Notes: generated by a model from the sequence alone, not told the origin. A stretch of DNA of 64,000 nucleotides from Bradyrhizobium sp. (GCF_027451485.1 NZ_DAIDJE010000175.1:1032-65031), one strand, 5' to 3'; counted from the first letter of the stretch, positions 19,308-28,023 are shown. Translations and numbers: made by a program.

Positions 19308-20042
19308 TCAGCCGATGCTTTGCAGGCTGGGGAAGGTTTCGAGCAGCCAGACGCTGACCGCCGAGACGCCGCCGGTGAGAAAGGCGATGCCGGTCAGAAC
19401 CAGCAGCACGCCCATCGCCTGTTCGACGCGCACGAGATGCCGTTTCATCCGCGTAAACAGCGAAGAGAATTGCTCGACCATGAATGCTGCGATCAGGAAC
19501 GGAATGCCAAGCCCGGCCGAATAGACCGCGAGCAGGCCCGCACCCTTCGCAACCGTGGTCTCCGAGGCCGCAATCGAGAGGATGGCCGCCAGGATTGGCC
19601 CGATGCAGGGCGTCCAGCCAAACGCAAAGGCGAGGCCCATCAGATAAGCACCCCAGAGCCCGACCGGCTTGGGGATGGGGAGGCGTCCTTCCCGCATCAA
19701 CAGATCAATCCGCGTCAGCCCGAGGAAGTGCAGGCCCATCACCATGATGACGATGCCGGCAACGACCGACAGTTCGGCCGACCAGGCATGAATGACACTC
19801 CCAACCAGCGAGGCGCTGGCGCCGAGTGCAACGAACACGGTTGAAAAACCGAGCACGAACAGAACTGCCGAAAGCATCACCGCCCGACGGGACGCCGATT
19901 CGGCTTCATTGTTTTCTACGTGCTCGATGGTCGCCCCGGTCAGGTAGACCAGATAGGGCGGCACCAGCGGCAGCACGCAAGGCGACAAGAAGCTGATGAG
20001 GCCGGCGATCAGCGCGGCGGGGATGGAGACGTCATGGATCAT
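19308..20042 (-). CDS. ccdA: Cytochrome c biogenesis thiol-disulfide transporter CcdA (DsbD-like core)
   Basis: 244 aa, 6 hydrophobic segments, the two conserved Cys motifs LSPCVLPL and WTPCIGP. Confidence 0.88.
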   Translation of the reverse strand: MIHDVSIPAALIAGLISFLSPCVLPLVPPYLVYLTGATIEHVENNEAESASRRAVMLSAVLFVLGFSTVFVALGASASLVGSVIHAWSAELSVVAGIVIMVMGLHFLGLTRIDLLMREGRLPIPKPVGLWGAYLMGLAFAFGWTPCIGPILAAILSIAASETTVAKGAGLLAVYSAGLGIPFLIAAFMVEQFSSLFTRMKRHLVRVEQAMGVLLVLTGIAFLTGGVSAVSVWLLETFPSLQSIG

Positions 20043-20117
20043 GATGTGCGTTCATTAGCGGATATGCGAAAATCCGCAAAATCACGTCCCCGCGGCCTTG
20101 CCTCCGGGACGGCGGCC

Positions 20118-20393
20118 TTATTTGACCAATTTCAGGGACACCGGCGGACGCGGGCGCGCGCCCTGTTGCTCTTTCGGCGCGGCGGACGTCGAGGCGCTCT
20201 CCATCTCCCGCAGCATCGCGTCGCACAAGGCCTTCAAGTCCGAGTCCTCGATCCCGTGGAGTTTGATTCGCAGTTCCAGGATCGCGACCGAGAGCAGTCG
20301 TGCCGTGTCGCGATCACCGTTCATGATCAGGGACGCCTGGCATTCCTCGAGTGTTGCCAGCACGGCCCGGAGATTTTCTTCAAATTGAGCCAC
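20118..20393 (-). CDS. Small conserved-looking hypothetical protein (helical, 91 aa)
   Basis: MAQFEENLRAVLATLEECQASLIMNGDRDTARLL... has protein-like composition, unlike neighbouring shadow ORFs. No family recognised. Confidence 0.5.
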   Translation of the reverse strand: MAQFEENLRAVLATLEECQASLIMNGDRDTARLLSVAILELRIKLHGIEDSDLKALCDAMLREMESASTSAAPKEQQGARPRPPVSLKLVK

Positions 20394-20511
20394 AGCGTGT
20401 TTCCGTTACCGAGCCTGCGAAAATTCCCGCGTGATCGGGGCATGTGCTGAACCAACACCGCTCTGCCCTACAAAAGTTCGACAGTATCAGGACAGAGAAG
20501 ATAGTTTTCGT

Positions 20512-20577
20512 CCTTACACAGATTTGTGACATCCCCGCCCCCCGCTACGACCGGGCGCATGGCTGCGCCCGTTTTTG
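20512..20577 (+). ncRNA. Candidate small RNA (about 65 nt) with C-rich single-stranded stretch and intrinsic terminator
   Basis: The + strand terminator at 20553-20576 has no + strand gene upstream. A possible promoter is TTCGAC (20477-82), 17 nt, GATAGT (20500-05). The transcript would contain a CACA/UGUG hairpin and CCCCGCCCCCCGC. The 5' end is a guess. Confidence 0.3.
20553..20576 (+). terminator. Rho-independent terminator (orphan, + strand)
   Basis: GGGCGCA (20553-59), loop TGGC, TGCGCCC (20564-70), then GTTTTT (20571-76). There is no T-run on the opposite strand. Confidence 0.6.
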
Positions 20578-21076
20578 CCTGGGCTTTGCCGTCCCGCGCG
20601 CTGCTGCACCGCGAAAACCCGGCAGCGTAACACCTGCCGGGTTAAGGCGGGTGCAGCCTGAGGGTATAGCCGCGGGATTCCGGTGCACAAGGCCAAACGC
20701 GGCAAAAAGTCCCGCACCGCCAACGCAAAGCCAGGTTGTAGTATCCCTCGCTGCTTGCCAAGATAGCCGGACGATCCTTAGGTATGAAAGTATTGGGGAA
20801 ATGAGCCTACTCGAGCACGCTTCGTTCGATCGCCTGCACGACACGCGGTCAGATGGCCCCTCGAAGATCTGCCGCTCTTGTCGCATTACGAGTATCATTC
20901 AACTTTGACGGCCGTTAAGGTTGCCGCTAGAAGAGCTGGATATTCTGTAACTTTCCGGATTTGAGTGTGGATTTTGCCTATTAGAAGCCTATTAGAGAAT
21001 AAAGTCAGTAACCCGTAAATCGGAAGGCGCCTCCGGATATTCAGGCGCTTCAACGAGTGAGGATGGTAGAACCAGT

Positions 21077-21472
21077 ATGAACAAATCGATCGCCAAAAAG
21101 ATGAAACAACGCAGCGCGGGCAAGCCGGATATCGAGCTCGGCAAGCGCATCCGTTTGCGGCGTGTAGAGCAGAAGATTTCTCAGGCCGAGCTTGGGGAAA
21201 AACTTGGCGTCAGTTTCCAGCAGGTTCAAAAATATGAGAAGGGCGTCAATCGCGTCGGCGCCGCCCGCCTTCAGCAGATTGCCACTGCGCTTGATGTGCC
21301 GGTCACCTTCTTCTACGACGGCGACAACAAGGCCCGTGAAGTTGAGAGCCTGTTGTTCCTCGACAGTGCCTTCAGCCTGAGATTGCTGCGCGCCTATTCG
21401 AAGATCAAGGATCAGACGGTGCAGCGCCAACTCGTCTCGTTGATGGAATCGATCGCCGCGAACGAAGACTGA
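21077..21472 (+). CDS. XRE-family HTH transcriptional regulator, PraR/PhrR-like
   Basis: 131 aa, GAGGATGG SD. LGKRIRLRRVEQKISQAELGEKLGVSFQQVQKYEKGVNRVGAARLQQIATALDVPVTFFY matches the alpha-proteobacterial PraR/PhrR HTH pattern I remember. Confidence 0.85.
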   Translation: MNKSIAKKMKQRSAGKPDIELGKRIRLRRVEQKISQAELGEKLGVSFQQVQKYEKGVNRVGAARLQQIATALDVPVTFFYDGDNKAREVESLLFLDSAFSLRLLRAYSKIKDQTVQRQLVSLMESIAANED

Positions 21473-21713
21473 TCTGGCGGCAACCGGGTGACCTGAGCCG
21501 CAGGCACGGCCGATCGGGGCCAAAAGAAGCTGGCGCGCAACTGCCGCGCCACATGATCGGCTTCCCCGGGCGGTGATAGCCCTGACACAGGCGTCGCCGA
21601 CGATCCTCGTCAGCGCCGCTGGCGTTAGGAGCCCGGTGGCGCAGACGGCACGGTAACCGGCGACACCGTCCTCGAGGCGCAGCCGAGCGAGGCCGGTTTC
21701 TACGTGCGATCCC

Positions 21714-21929
21714 TTACCCGGCGCCCCTCAGCTTGCACGAGGTCGAGCAAGTTACGGTGGTGCCCCGGCCGCATTTTGAACAGACCGCCATACACTGATT
21801 CAGATCCTTCGGATTGTAACCAGGGAACAGATTGATCGCGCAACTGTTCGAGGTCGAACCTGTAACGTCGGTCTCTTGCTGGCAACCGGCCATGATCATC
21901 AGGGCGAGAATGGCAATGATAGGTCGCAT
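21714..21929 (-). CDS. Cys-rich mini-lipoprotein (71-aa precursor)
   Basis: MRPIIAILALMIMAGC has a signal peptide plus lipobox (MAG/C). GGGAGA SD. The mature 56 aa carries 6 further Cys (potentially 3 disulfides). Lies downstream of, and co-directional with, the DUF2235 gene. Confidence 0.65.
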   Translation of the reverse strand: MRPIIAILALMIMAGCQQETDVTGSTSNSCAINLFPGYNPKDLNQCMAVCSKCGRGTTVTCSTSCKLRGAG

Positions 21930-22142
21930 GAGATTTCTCCCATCAAATCGACCTGAGAGCCTAAACCAAACCCGCTAAGTCTTTGTTAAGGACGTTGGCG
22001 ATCCGTGCATTGGGCTTACGGCAGGCGACGACGGCAGCACGACCTCTATCGCCCTGCACTGCGCCCCCACGAACGACCGCTTTGCGCCCGGAATTCTTCG
22101 CACGATAGCGCGACTGCCGACGGCGACATCCTTTCTCCGACA

Positions 22143-24500
22143 TTATTTGACGAAAAAGCTAATGCATCCGCTGTTATCGCCATAGAACGGCTGCCATCCG
22201 GGAATTGGGGTCACGGCATCATTGACGTAAAGAAAGAGTTCTCCCGGCACCTTCGGCGAAACGTATTCGGAGATTCTCGTGAACCTCGGGTCTGGATCTG
22301 GTTCCAGGAAATCGAACTGACTGCCAATGGCTCCATAGCGGGCGACCGGCTGAAACCAGGGCTGTCCGTAATGTCGCTTCAGAGGCAGCAGTAGCGCGCT
22401 CCAAATCATCGCAGTAACGCTCAGCGTTGAACCGCGTTCGTTGCGGAACGTATCGTACCCCCGCGCATCCGTAGAAACACTGCCGTTGACAAGCCTTTCG
22501 TCGGGAGCCGCGGTACAGGAGCCCGCCGACTTGTAGTTCTTGTATTCCCTATTAAGTTCGGCGATGTCGGGCGTGGTCCAGACGAAATATCGTTGGAGAC
22601 GTGCGAGTCGGTAGCCGGTTGCAAAACACGGATTGGAAACATCGAACGAAAACAGGATCCCGTTGGCGGGAATGTCCCTCAAGTTCTTGCTACCGCTGAA
22701 CTCGCAAACGAACCCGGCGTCATCAACGGCGGTGAACAACCAGTGGCTCGGGATGGTCACGATCGCATAGACGATGGCAACGGCCGATAAAGCGGGTCCC
22801 AGGTAGTCGCGCCAGCTTGACCGAATGCCGACCAAGACTCGATCTTTGACATTGAGCTCGTTGGTGGGACGTTGTGCCGGCGCCGGCTGACGATGCGCGA
22901 GCGCGTCTCTCCAGAGCAAGCCCATTTTGTCGGTAATGTCAGCCGCAATTCTTACACTGCTCCACAAAAGCACCAGCAGCAGCATGGCCAGGATCAGAAA
23001 CATCCACGGATACTGCGCGTATGAAACGAGCCAGGATGAGGCCCATCCCGGCAAGAACCCACTGCCTGTCTGGATGAGATCGGAAACCCACGCGAGTCTG
23101 TTTCGATTGACCAGAAGGACATTGGCCCGGCCCGTCATCGGAAAGACGATGAAGAATGCGGTCGTCAGCACCGTCGCCAGATACAACAGGGAACGCAGAT
23201 AGACGCGCGGCCAGATCGCGCGCCGCTCTAATACCACTCTTGCCTCGGCATCCGCCTGCCGCTCAAAAAGAACGGGCGAGCCGGCATCTGACGTTGGCAA
23301 AGCGTCGATCCTGAAATCAGAATCGATGCCGTTTGGCTTTGGCACGTTGATGACGATCTCATAATTGTGCGGAATGCCGATCGGGGCATAAACATGTGCG
23401 TTGTTTTTGATGCGCCAAAATACGCTTTCGTGAATCTTTGGCGCCGCCACATATACTTCATCATTCAGTGTTCGCGAGAAACGCTCGTTGCACAGCCGCG
23501 AAATTCGTCTCGGGCCGTAGCGATAGTAACTGCCAAATCCGCTCCGCGAATCGTACAGCCGCCCGTCCTTGTCCTGCGCTTCCTTGATCTCGGCAATGGC
23601 CTCTGGATTGGCGGTCTTGAAGGTCAAACCGCAAGCCTTGGCTTCCTGGGCGATCCAGTACAGCGGTATTTGTGCAAGGGAATCGTCCGGATAACCGCCG
23701 CCGACATTCGCATGAACGCCGGCAAACCAGACCTGGGAGATCCTCTCGTCTTTGGTAAACCTGGATGAACCTGTGTGCGGACTTTCATTTCTCTCATTCC
23801 ACAGCACCGGGTGGAATGTCGTCCGTTCGTCGTCAAGCGACAACGCGTGGCATGCCCGCCGGACGCTTGGGTGCAGGGTGTGCGAGGGGATTTCCAGCGG
23901 CCACAGCCATTGGCTGACGCCACGCGTCATCTCGTCGATCGGCAGCCCGTAGGCTGCAACGGTGTCCCAGACGCCGAGAAAACGGATAACGGGTACGTTC
24001 CGATCCGGAGGCACAACACTTTTCTCCGGTGCATCTTTGCCAAGCCATTGCTTGATCCGTTTAAGGATCAGGCTCCAATTCGTATGGAAATGCCTCTTGT
24101 GATAGGCGCGATAGGCCTTGTGCGCTTGCCGATCCAGTTCCGTCTCGGAGATGGCGCCTGCGGGGATAAGCCCTTGATCGAGGATCAGGCCGATCACCAC
24201 CCGAATGGTGAAGGCGCCACGGCTGAATCCGAAGCCATAGATTTCGTCATTCGCTTCGCGGACATTTCGGCAAGCGAATTTATAGAGCGAGATCACGTTC
24301 CGGCGGAGGCCCACGCCGAACGCCCCGCCCAACAGAGCCAGCGGCTTGAACGACGACGTGCCGACCCCGTCATCGTAATATGCGATCTGATCATTGCTCG
24401 ACAGCTCCAGCGCAGAGAACATGCGCCAAACATTTGTTCGCCAGAAGCTCGCCGAGGAATTACCCGTCCCGTCCGAGAGCAAAATGATGCGCCTGGGCAT
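22143..24500 (-). CDS. Membrane-anchored DUF2235 (Tle1-like alpha/beta hydrolase/phospholipase) protein with unassigned C-terminal domain
   Basis: Trimmed to ATG 24500 (MPRRIILLSDGTGN). DUF2235 hallmarks: DGTGN, GFGFSRGA (GxSxG), FLGVWDTVAAYG, HALSLDDERTTFHP. Three to four hydrophobic segments lie at about 22739-23198. A roughly 195-aa C-terminal domain ends GELFLYVNDAV...FYGDNSGCISFFVK. Confidence 0.8.
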   Translation of the reverse strand: MPRRIILLSDGTGNSSASFWRTNVWRMFSALELSSNDQIAYYDDGVGTSSFKPLALLGGAFGVGLRRNVISLYKFACRNVREANDEIYGFGFSRGAFTIRVVIGLILDQGLIPAGAISETELDRQAHKAYRAYHKRHFHTNWSLILKRIKQWLGKDAPEKSVVPPDRNVPVIRFLGVWDTVAAYGLPIDEMTRGVSQWLWPLEIPSHTLHPSVRRACHALSLDDERTTFHPVLWNERNESPHTGSSRFTKDERISQVWFAGVHANVGGGYPDDSLAQIPLYWIAQEAKACGLTFKTANPEAIAEIKEAQDKDGRLYDSRSGFGSYYRYGPRRISRLCNERFSRTLNDEVYVAAPKIHESVFWRIKNNAHVYAPIGIPHNYEIVINVPKPNGIDSDFRIDALPTSDAGSPVLFERQADAEARVVLERRAIWPRVYLRSLLYLATVLTTAFFIVFPMTGRANVLLVNRNRLAWVSDLIQTGSGFLPGWASSWLVSYAQYPWMFLILAMLLLVLLWSSVRIAADITDKMGLLWRDALAHRQPAPAQRPTNELNVKDRVLVGIRSSWRDYLGPALSAVAIVYAIVTIPSHWLFTAVDDAGFVCEFSGSKNLRDIPANGILFSFDVSNPCFATGYRLARLQRYFVWTTPDIAELNREYKNYKSAGSCTAAPDERLVNGSVSTDARGYDTFRNERGSTLSVTAMIWSALLLPLKRHYGQPWFQPVARYGAIGSQFDFLEPDPDPRFTRISEYVSPKVPGELFLYVNDAVTPIPGWQPFYGDNSGCISFFVK

Positions 24501-24793
24501 GAAATACCCCCTGCACGTGCCGAACTGAATTGACGGGACGCAATCATCCCGGAGCGGCAATCGCGAATCACGATCGATGAAACAGGCAGCAGTTCAAATT
24601 TGAGCTCCGGCATTATGCCCATTGCAAGGCAATGCGCACGTCTCCTTTGTCCCGGCCGGACCGTCCCATACTTTCTTGCTCCGCAAGACGGGTTGCCGAA
24701 GCGCGATACGGGTCTGAGCCCCGGCCGCCATTGCGGCTTCCGCCAACCGGTGCTTGATTGCGGGCGTAAAGCAATCCACCCGAAGGCTCCCCA

Positions 24794-25615
24794 ATGCTCG
24801 ACACCCCAGCACAAGACCAAGACTCCTATGCCGAGGGCAAAATCCTCAAAAGCGTCGTCGACGGCGTCGGCATCGTCACCTTCAACAATCCGGACAAGCG
24901 CAATGCCATGTCGATCGAGATGTGGGAGGGGCTGGGTACGGCGCTCATTGAATTGCGCGAGGACGACGCCGTACGCGTGGTGATTTTGACCGGTGCCGGC
25001 GACAAGGCCTTCATGTCAGGCGCCGACATCAGCCAGTTCGAGAAAAACCGCCACAACGCGCAAGCCGCCGAAGCGTATAACCGCCAGAGCGATAGCCAGC
25101 GCACATTGCTGGCCGAATTTCCCAAGCCAACGATTTCGTGCATCCGCGGCTTTTGCCTCGGCGGCGGCTTGCAAGTGGCGATGCTGACCGACATCCGCTT
25201 CGCCGCCGAAGGCAGCCAGTTTGGCATTCCCGCCGCCAAACTCGGCATCGCCTACGGCTTTGAGGGCCTTCGTCACCTGGTCTCGCTGGTCGGACCGTCC
25301 CAGGCGCGGCTTATCCTGTACACCGGGTTGAGGATCGATTCCGCTGAAGCCTTGCGGATCGGGCTGGTCGATCGCGTAATCGCGGATGGCAAGTTGTGGG
25401 ACGAAACGCTGGAGGTCGCCCGAACGATTTCCGCCAACGCGCCGCTGGCAGTGAAGGCGGCCAAGATCACCATCGCTCAGGTGCTGAAGGACAAGGACGA
25501 ACGCGATATGGAGGCGATCAAGGCGATCGGTACCGCCTGCATGGACTCGGAAGATTTCCGCGAGGGGCGCCAGGCCTTCATGGAAAAGCGCAAGCCGCAG
25601 TTCAAGGGGCGGTGA
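24794..25615 (+). CDS. Enoyl-CoA hydratase/isomerase (crotonase) family protein
   Basis: 273 aa. NNPDKRNAMS, GAGDKAFMSGADI, CIRGFCLGGGL crotonase-fold motifs. Confidence 0.85.
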   Translation: MLDTPAQDQDSYAEGKILKSVVDGVGIVTFNNPDKRNAMSIEMWEGLGTALIELREDDAVRVVILTGAGDKAFMSGADISQFEKNRHNAQAAEAYNRQSDSQRTLLAEFPKPTISCIRGFCLGGGLQVAMLTDIRFAAEGSQFGIPAAKLGIAYGFEGLRHLVSLVGPSQARLILYTGLRIDSAEALRIGLVDRVIADGKLWDETLEVARTISANAPLAVKAAKITIAQVLKDKDERDMEAIKAIGTACMDSEDFREGRQAFMEKRKPQFKGR

Positions 25616-25634
25616 TCGCTTCCCAACCTCCTTC

Positions 25635-25669
25635 ATTCCGGGATGCGCCGAACGGCGCAGGCCCGGAAT
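25635..25669. repeat. REP-like nested palindrome (ATTCCGGG..GCGCCG aa CGGCGC..CCCGGAAT)
   Basis: Outer 8-nt arms at 25635-42 / 25662-69 and inner 6-nt arms at 25645-50 / 25653-58, immediately after the crotonase stop. Related ATTCCGGGGCG arms recur at 28627-28732. Confidence 0.6.
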
Positions 25670-25826
25670 CCATCGCGCCGCGGAACGAGTAGCCAGGTTC
25701 GGTCATAGGGACAGGCGCTCGCTTGAGCCCTTATTTGCCCCTACGAAGTTGTGGCACCTGATTTTGCCTTTGCCACCTCTCGTGGCCGGGCAAATCACCG
25801 GCAGCTCTCCAGCCTTTCCGCTCTCG

Positions 25827-27221
25827 TCACAAGCGTTGGACTCTGTTCGGAAGGCGCAGGGCGGCGGCACACAAAGCGAGGTGGAAGCCGCAGAGCAGGA
25901 TAAACGCGGCCCCATAGGCGTTCGAAACCGGCGCCGTGGTTTGGGCGGCGAGACGCCAGCCGAGAAACGTCGCGCAGATCGTCGTCAGCGTCGGTCCGCC
26001 CATGCGCATGACGATATTAAGGGCGGTCGCCGCCATCGGCATGTCGTCCCGCTTCACCGAGGTGTAAGCCGCCGAGATCGACGGAATGCCGATACAGCTC
26101 AAGCCCGTGCCCCGCACGAACAGCGCGGCCGCGGCGGCGACGTCGGCAAGGCCGTGACTGGCGAGAAAGACGAAGGGTAGCGTGCCCGCGAGAGCCGTCA
26201 ACGCGCCGCCGGCCGACACGTTGCGATTGCCCAGCCGCTCCACCAGCGACCCCACGAACGGATAGGTGCACATCATGCCGAGCCCCTGCGCGGCGAGCAG
26301 CAGCCCGGTGTCGCTTGGCGACAGACCGCCGACCCGCGTCAGGAAGACCGGGACCAGCATCTGCCCGGCGTAGGAGCTGCCCACCATCAAAAATTGCGTG
26401 ACCACGGCGGCGGAAAAAATCCTGTCCCGGAACAGCCGCAGGTCGATGAGCGCATCGTCCTTTCGTCGTCTCGCCCACCAGGCGAAGACGGCGAACAGCA
26501 GCGTGGAAATCGCAAGCGCCGCAAGGCCCGACGGATCGGTCGTCCGTTCCGATCCATAAAGAAAGAGCACGACGCTCGGCGACAGCAGCGCGAGGCCGAT
26601 CAGGTCGAGGCCGCGCGGCCTCCTCTTGTATTGGTCGTGCGGAAGAAACAACGCGGCGAGCACGAGCGCGAGCGCGCCGAACGGCAGGTTGACCAGAAAC
26701 AGCCAGCGCCACGATGCATACCGCAACAGCGCACCCGCGATCACCGGCCCGAGCAGCGGCGCAAGCAGGATCGGCATCGCGGCGAAACCGAACACGCGCG
26801 CCATGCGCTGGCCCGCCGCGCGCACCATGATCAGTTGCGCCATCGGCGCCAGCAGGCCGCCGCTCATGCCTTGCAGTACGCGAAACCCGATCAGGGAATT
26901 TGCCGACCATGCCAGCCCGCAGAGCGCGGACGTGAGCGTGAAGGCCGCAAAGCACCAGAGGTAAAGCGCCTTGGCGCCCATGCGATCGACAAGCCAGCTG
27001 CTCAACGGCAGGGTAAGCGCAAGCGCCAGCAGATAGCCGCTCGTCACCCACTGGACGTTCGACAGCGTCGTATGCAGTTCAAGCGCAAGGCTCGAAAGCG
27101 AGACGTTGACGATGGTCGCGTCCATTTGCGACAAGAACGCGCCCAGGATGGCGACGGACGAAATTCGCCAGAGCTGACTGGCCGGCGCGGCATCGCGCTG
27201 ATCTTCGTCGGTTGCTGCCAT
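25827..27221 (-). CDS. MFS drug/H+ antiporter, DHA2 (EmrB/QacA, 14-TMS) type
   Basis: 464 aa, about 14 hydrophobic segments, N-terminal ILGAFLSQMDATIVNVSL motif typical of DHA2. Confidence 0.8.
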   Translation of the reverse strand: MAATDEDQRDAAPASQLWRISSVAILGAFLSQMDATIVNVSLSSLALELHTTLSNVQWVTSGYLLALALTLPLSSWLVDRMGAKALYLWCFAAFTLTSALCGLAWSANSLIGFRVLQGMSGGLLAPMAQLIMVRAAGQRMARVFGFAAMPILLAPLLGPVIAGALLRYASWRWLFLVNLPFGALALVLAALFLPHDQYKRRPRGLDLIGLALLSPSVVLFLYGSERTTDPSGLAALAISTLLFAVFAWWARRRKDDALIDLRLFRDRIFSAAVVTQFLMVGSSYAGQMLVPVFLTRVGGLSPSDTGLLLAAQGLGMMCTYPFVGSLVERLGNRNVSAGGALTALAGTLPFVFLASHGLADVAAAAALFVRGTGLSCIGIPSISAAYTSVKRDDMPMAATALNIVMRMGGPTLTTICATFLGWRLAAQTTAPVSNAYGAAFILLCGFHLALCAAALRLPNRVQRL

Positions 27222-27225
27222 CGGC

Positions 27226-27549
27226 TCACTCCGGCGAATTGCCGCCGTGGAAGCGGCCGAAGTGGCGCGCGGCGAACAGGCCCATCAGGAGAAAACCCAA
27301 CCCCAAGGCCACGGCATCGAGGGTGGAGCGCAGGTCGAAGGCGCCGACGCGGCATATCAAAACATAGGCGACCGCCAAATTGAGCGCGCCCCAGGCCGCG
27401 TTGACGGTCGAGGTGGAAAGCCCCTCGCCGGGCGGCCTGGCGAAGGGGCTTTGGAAGGGACGTCCCATCGAGCCGCTGGCGAAGTGCGGAACGGCATTGG
27501 AAAGAAACGCGCCGCCGAAAAAATAGGACACGAGATACAGCCAGTCCAT
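27226..27549 (-). CDS. Small integral membrane protein (107 aa), unknown family
   Basis: 3 hydrophobic segments. 4-nt gap to the MFS start and 21 nt after the marR stop, so operonic. Confidence 0.55.
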   Translation of the reverse strand: MDWLYLVSYFFGGAFLSNAVPHFASGSMGRPFQSPFARPPGEGLSTSTVNAAWGALNLAVAYVLICRVGAFDLRSTLDAVALGLGFLLMGLFAARHFGRFHGGNSPE

Positions 27550-27570
27550 GGTCCACCTTCCCTTGTCTGA

Positions 27571-28023
27571 TCAGAAGTCGGCCAGCTTGCCGAGCAGCTT
27601 GACGGCGGCGGCAAGTTGCTTTCGTTCGCGGGGCGTCAGTTGCGCCTGGATGGCGCGGAACAGCCAGTCCTCGCGCGCCAGCCGGCCGGTCTTCAGCACT
27701 TTGACAAAGGACGGCGTGAGGCTGACAAAGGTCTGCCGGCCGTCTTCGGGGTCAGCCTTCCCGCTCACCGCGCCTGCCGCTTCCAGCGCCGCCACCGTGA
27801 TCCGCATCGACTGCGGACGCACGCCCTCGGCGCGCGCCAGCATCGACACGGTCGCCGGGCCATTGCGCTCCAGCCTGAGCAAGACAGATTTCTGCGCGTC
27901 GTTGAAATCCCCAACGTCGGCCTGCTCGCGCAAACGGCGCTTCAATCTGGAAAACACGCTCCGCAACTCGCCCACCAGGGCGACGGCTTGTGTTGCTTCG
28001 GAACTCGGGCGGGTCGCGCTCAT
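27571..28023 (-). CDS. MarR-family transcriptional regulator
   Basis: ORF 27571..28374 trimmed to ATG 28023 (MSATRPSSEATQAVALVGELRSVFSRLKRRL...). Winged-helix LARAEGVRPQSMRITVAALEAAG. The removed upstream part lies in a repeat element. Confidence 0.8.
   Translation of the reverse strand: MSATRPSSEATQAVALVGELRSVFSRLKRRLREQADVGDFNDAQKSVLLRLERNGPATVSMLARAEGVRPQSMRITVAALEAAGAVSGKADPEDGRQTFVSLTPSFVKVLKTGRLAREDWLFRAIQAQLTPRERKQLAAAVKLLGKLADF

Noticed and set aside
21961-22145. 60-aa basic ORF whose ATG overlaps the DUF2235 stop in a TAATG arrangement (possible translational coupling)
   Set aside because: The sequence is Arg-rich and unstructured-looking. My codon-position check shows higher third-position G+C in a different frame than the ORF's own. 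No motif was recognised. Kept only as a remote possibility.
20760-24620. Prophage or integrative element interpretation of the low-GC islet
   Set aside because: There are no integrase, phage structural, tRNA or att-like repeat features. Only three genes are present. It is reported as a compositional islet only.
25752-25767. TGGCAC-N-TTTGC sigma-54-like motif on the + strand
   Set aside because: The GG-to-GC spacing is 11 nt instead of 10. No + strand gene follows, since the next gene is the minus-strand MFS.
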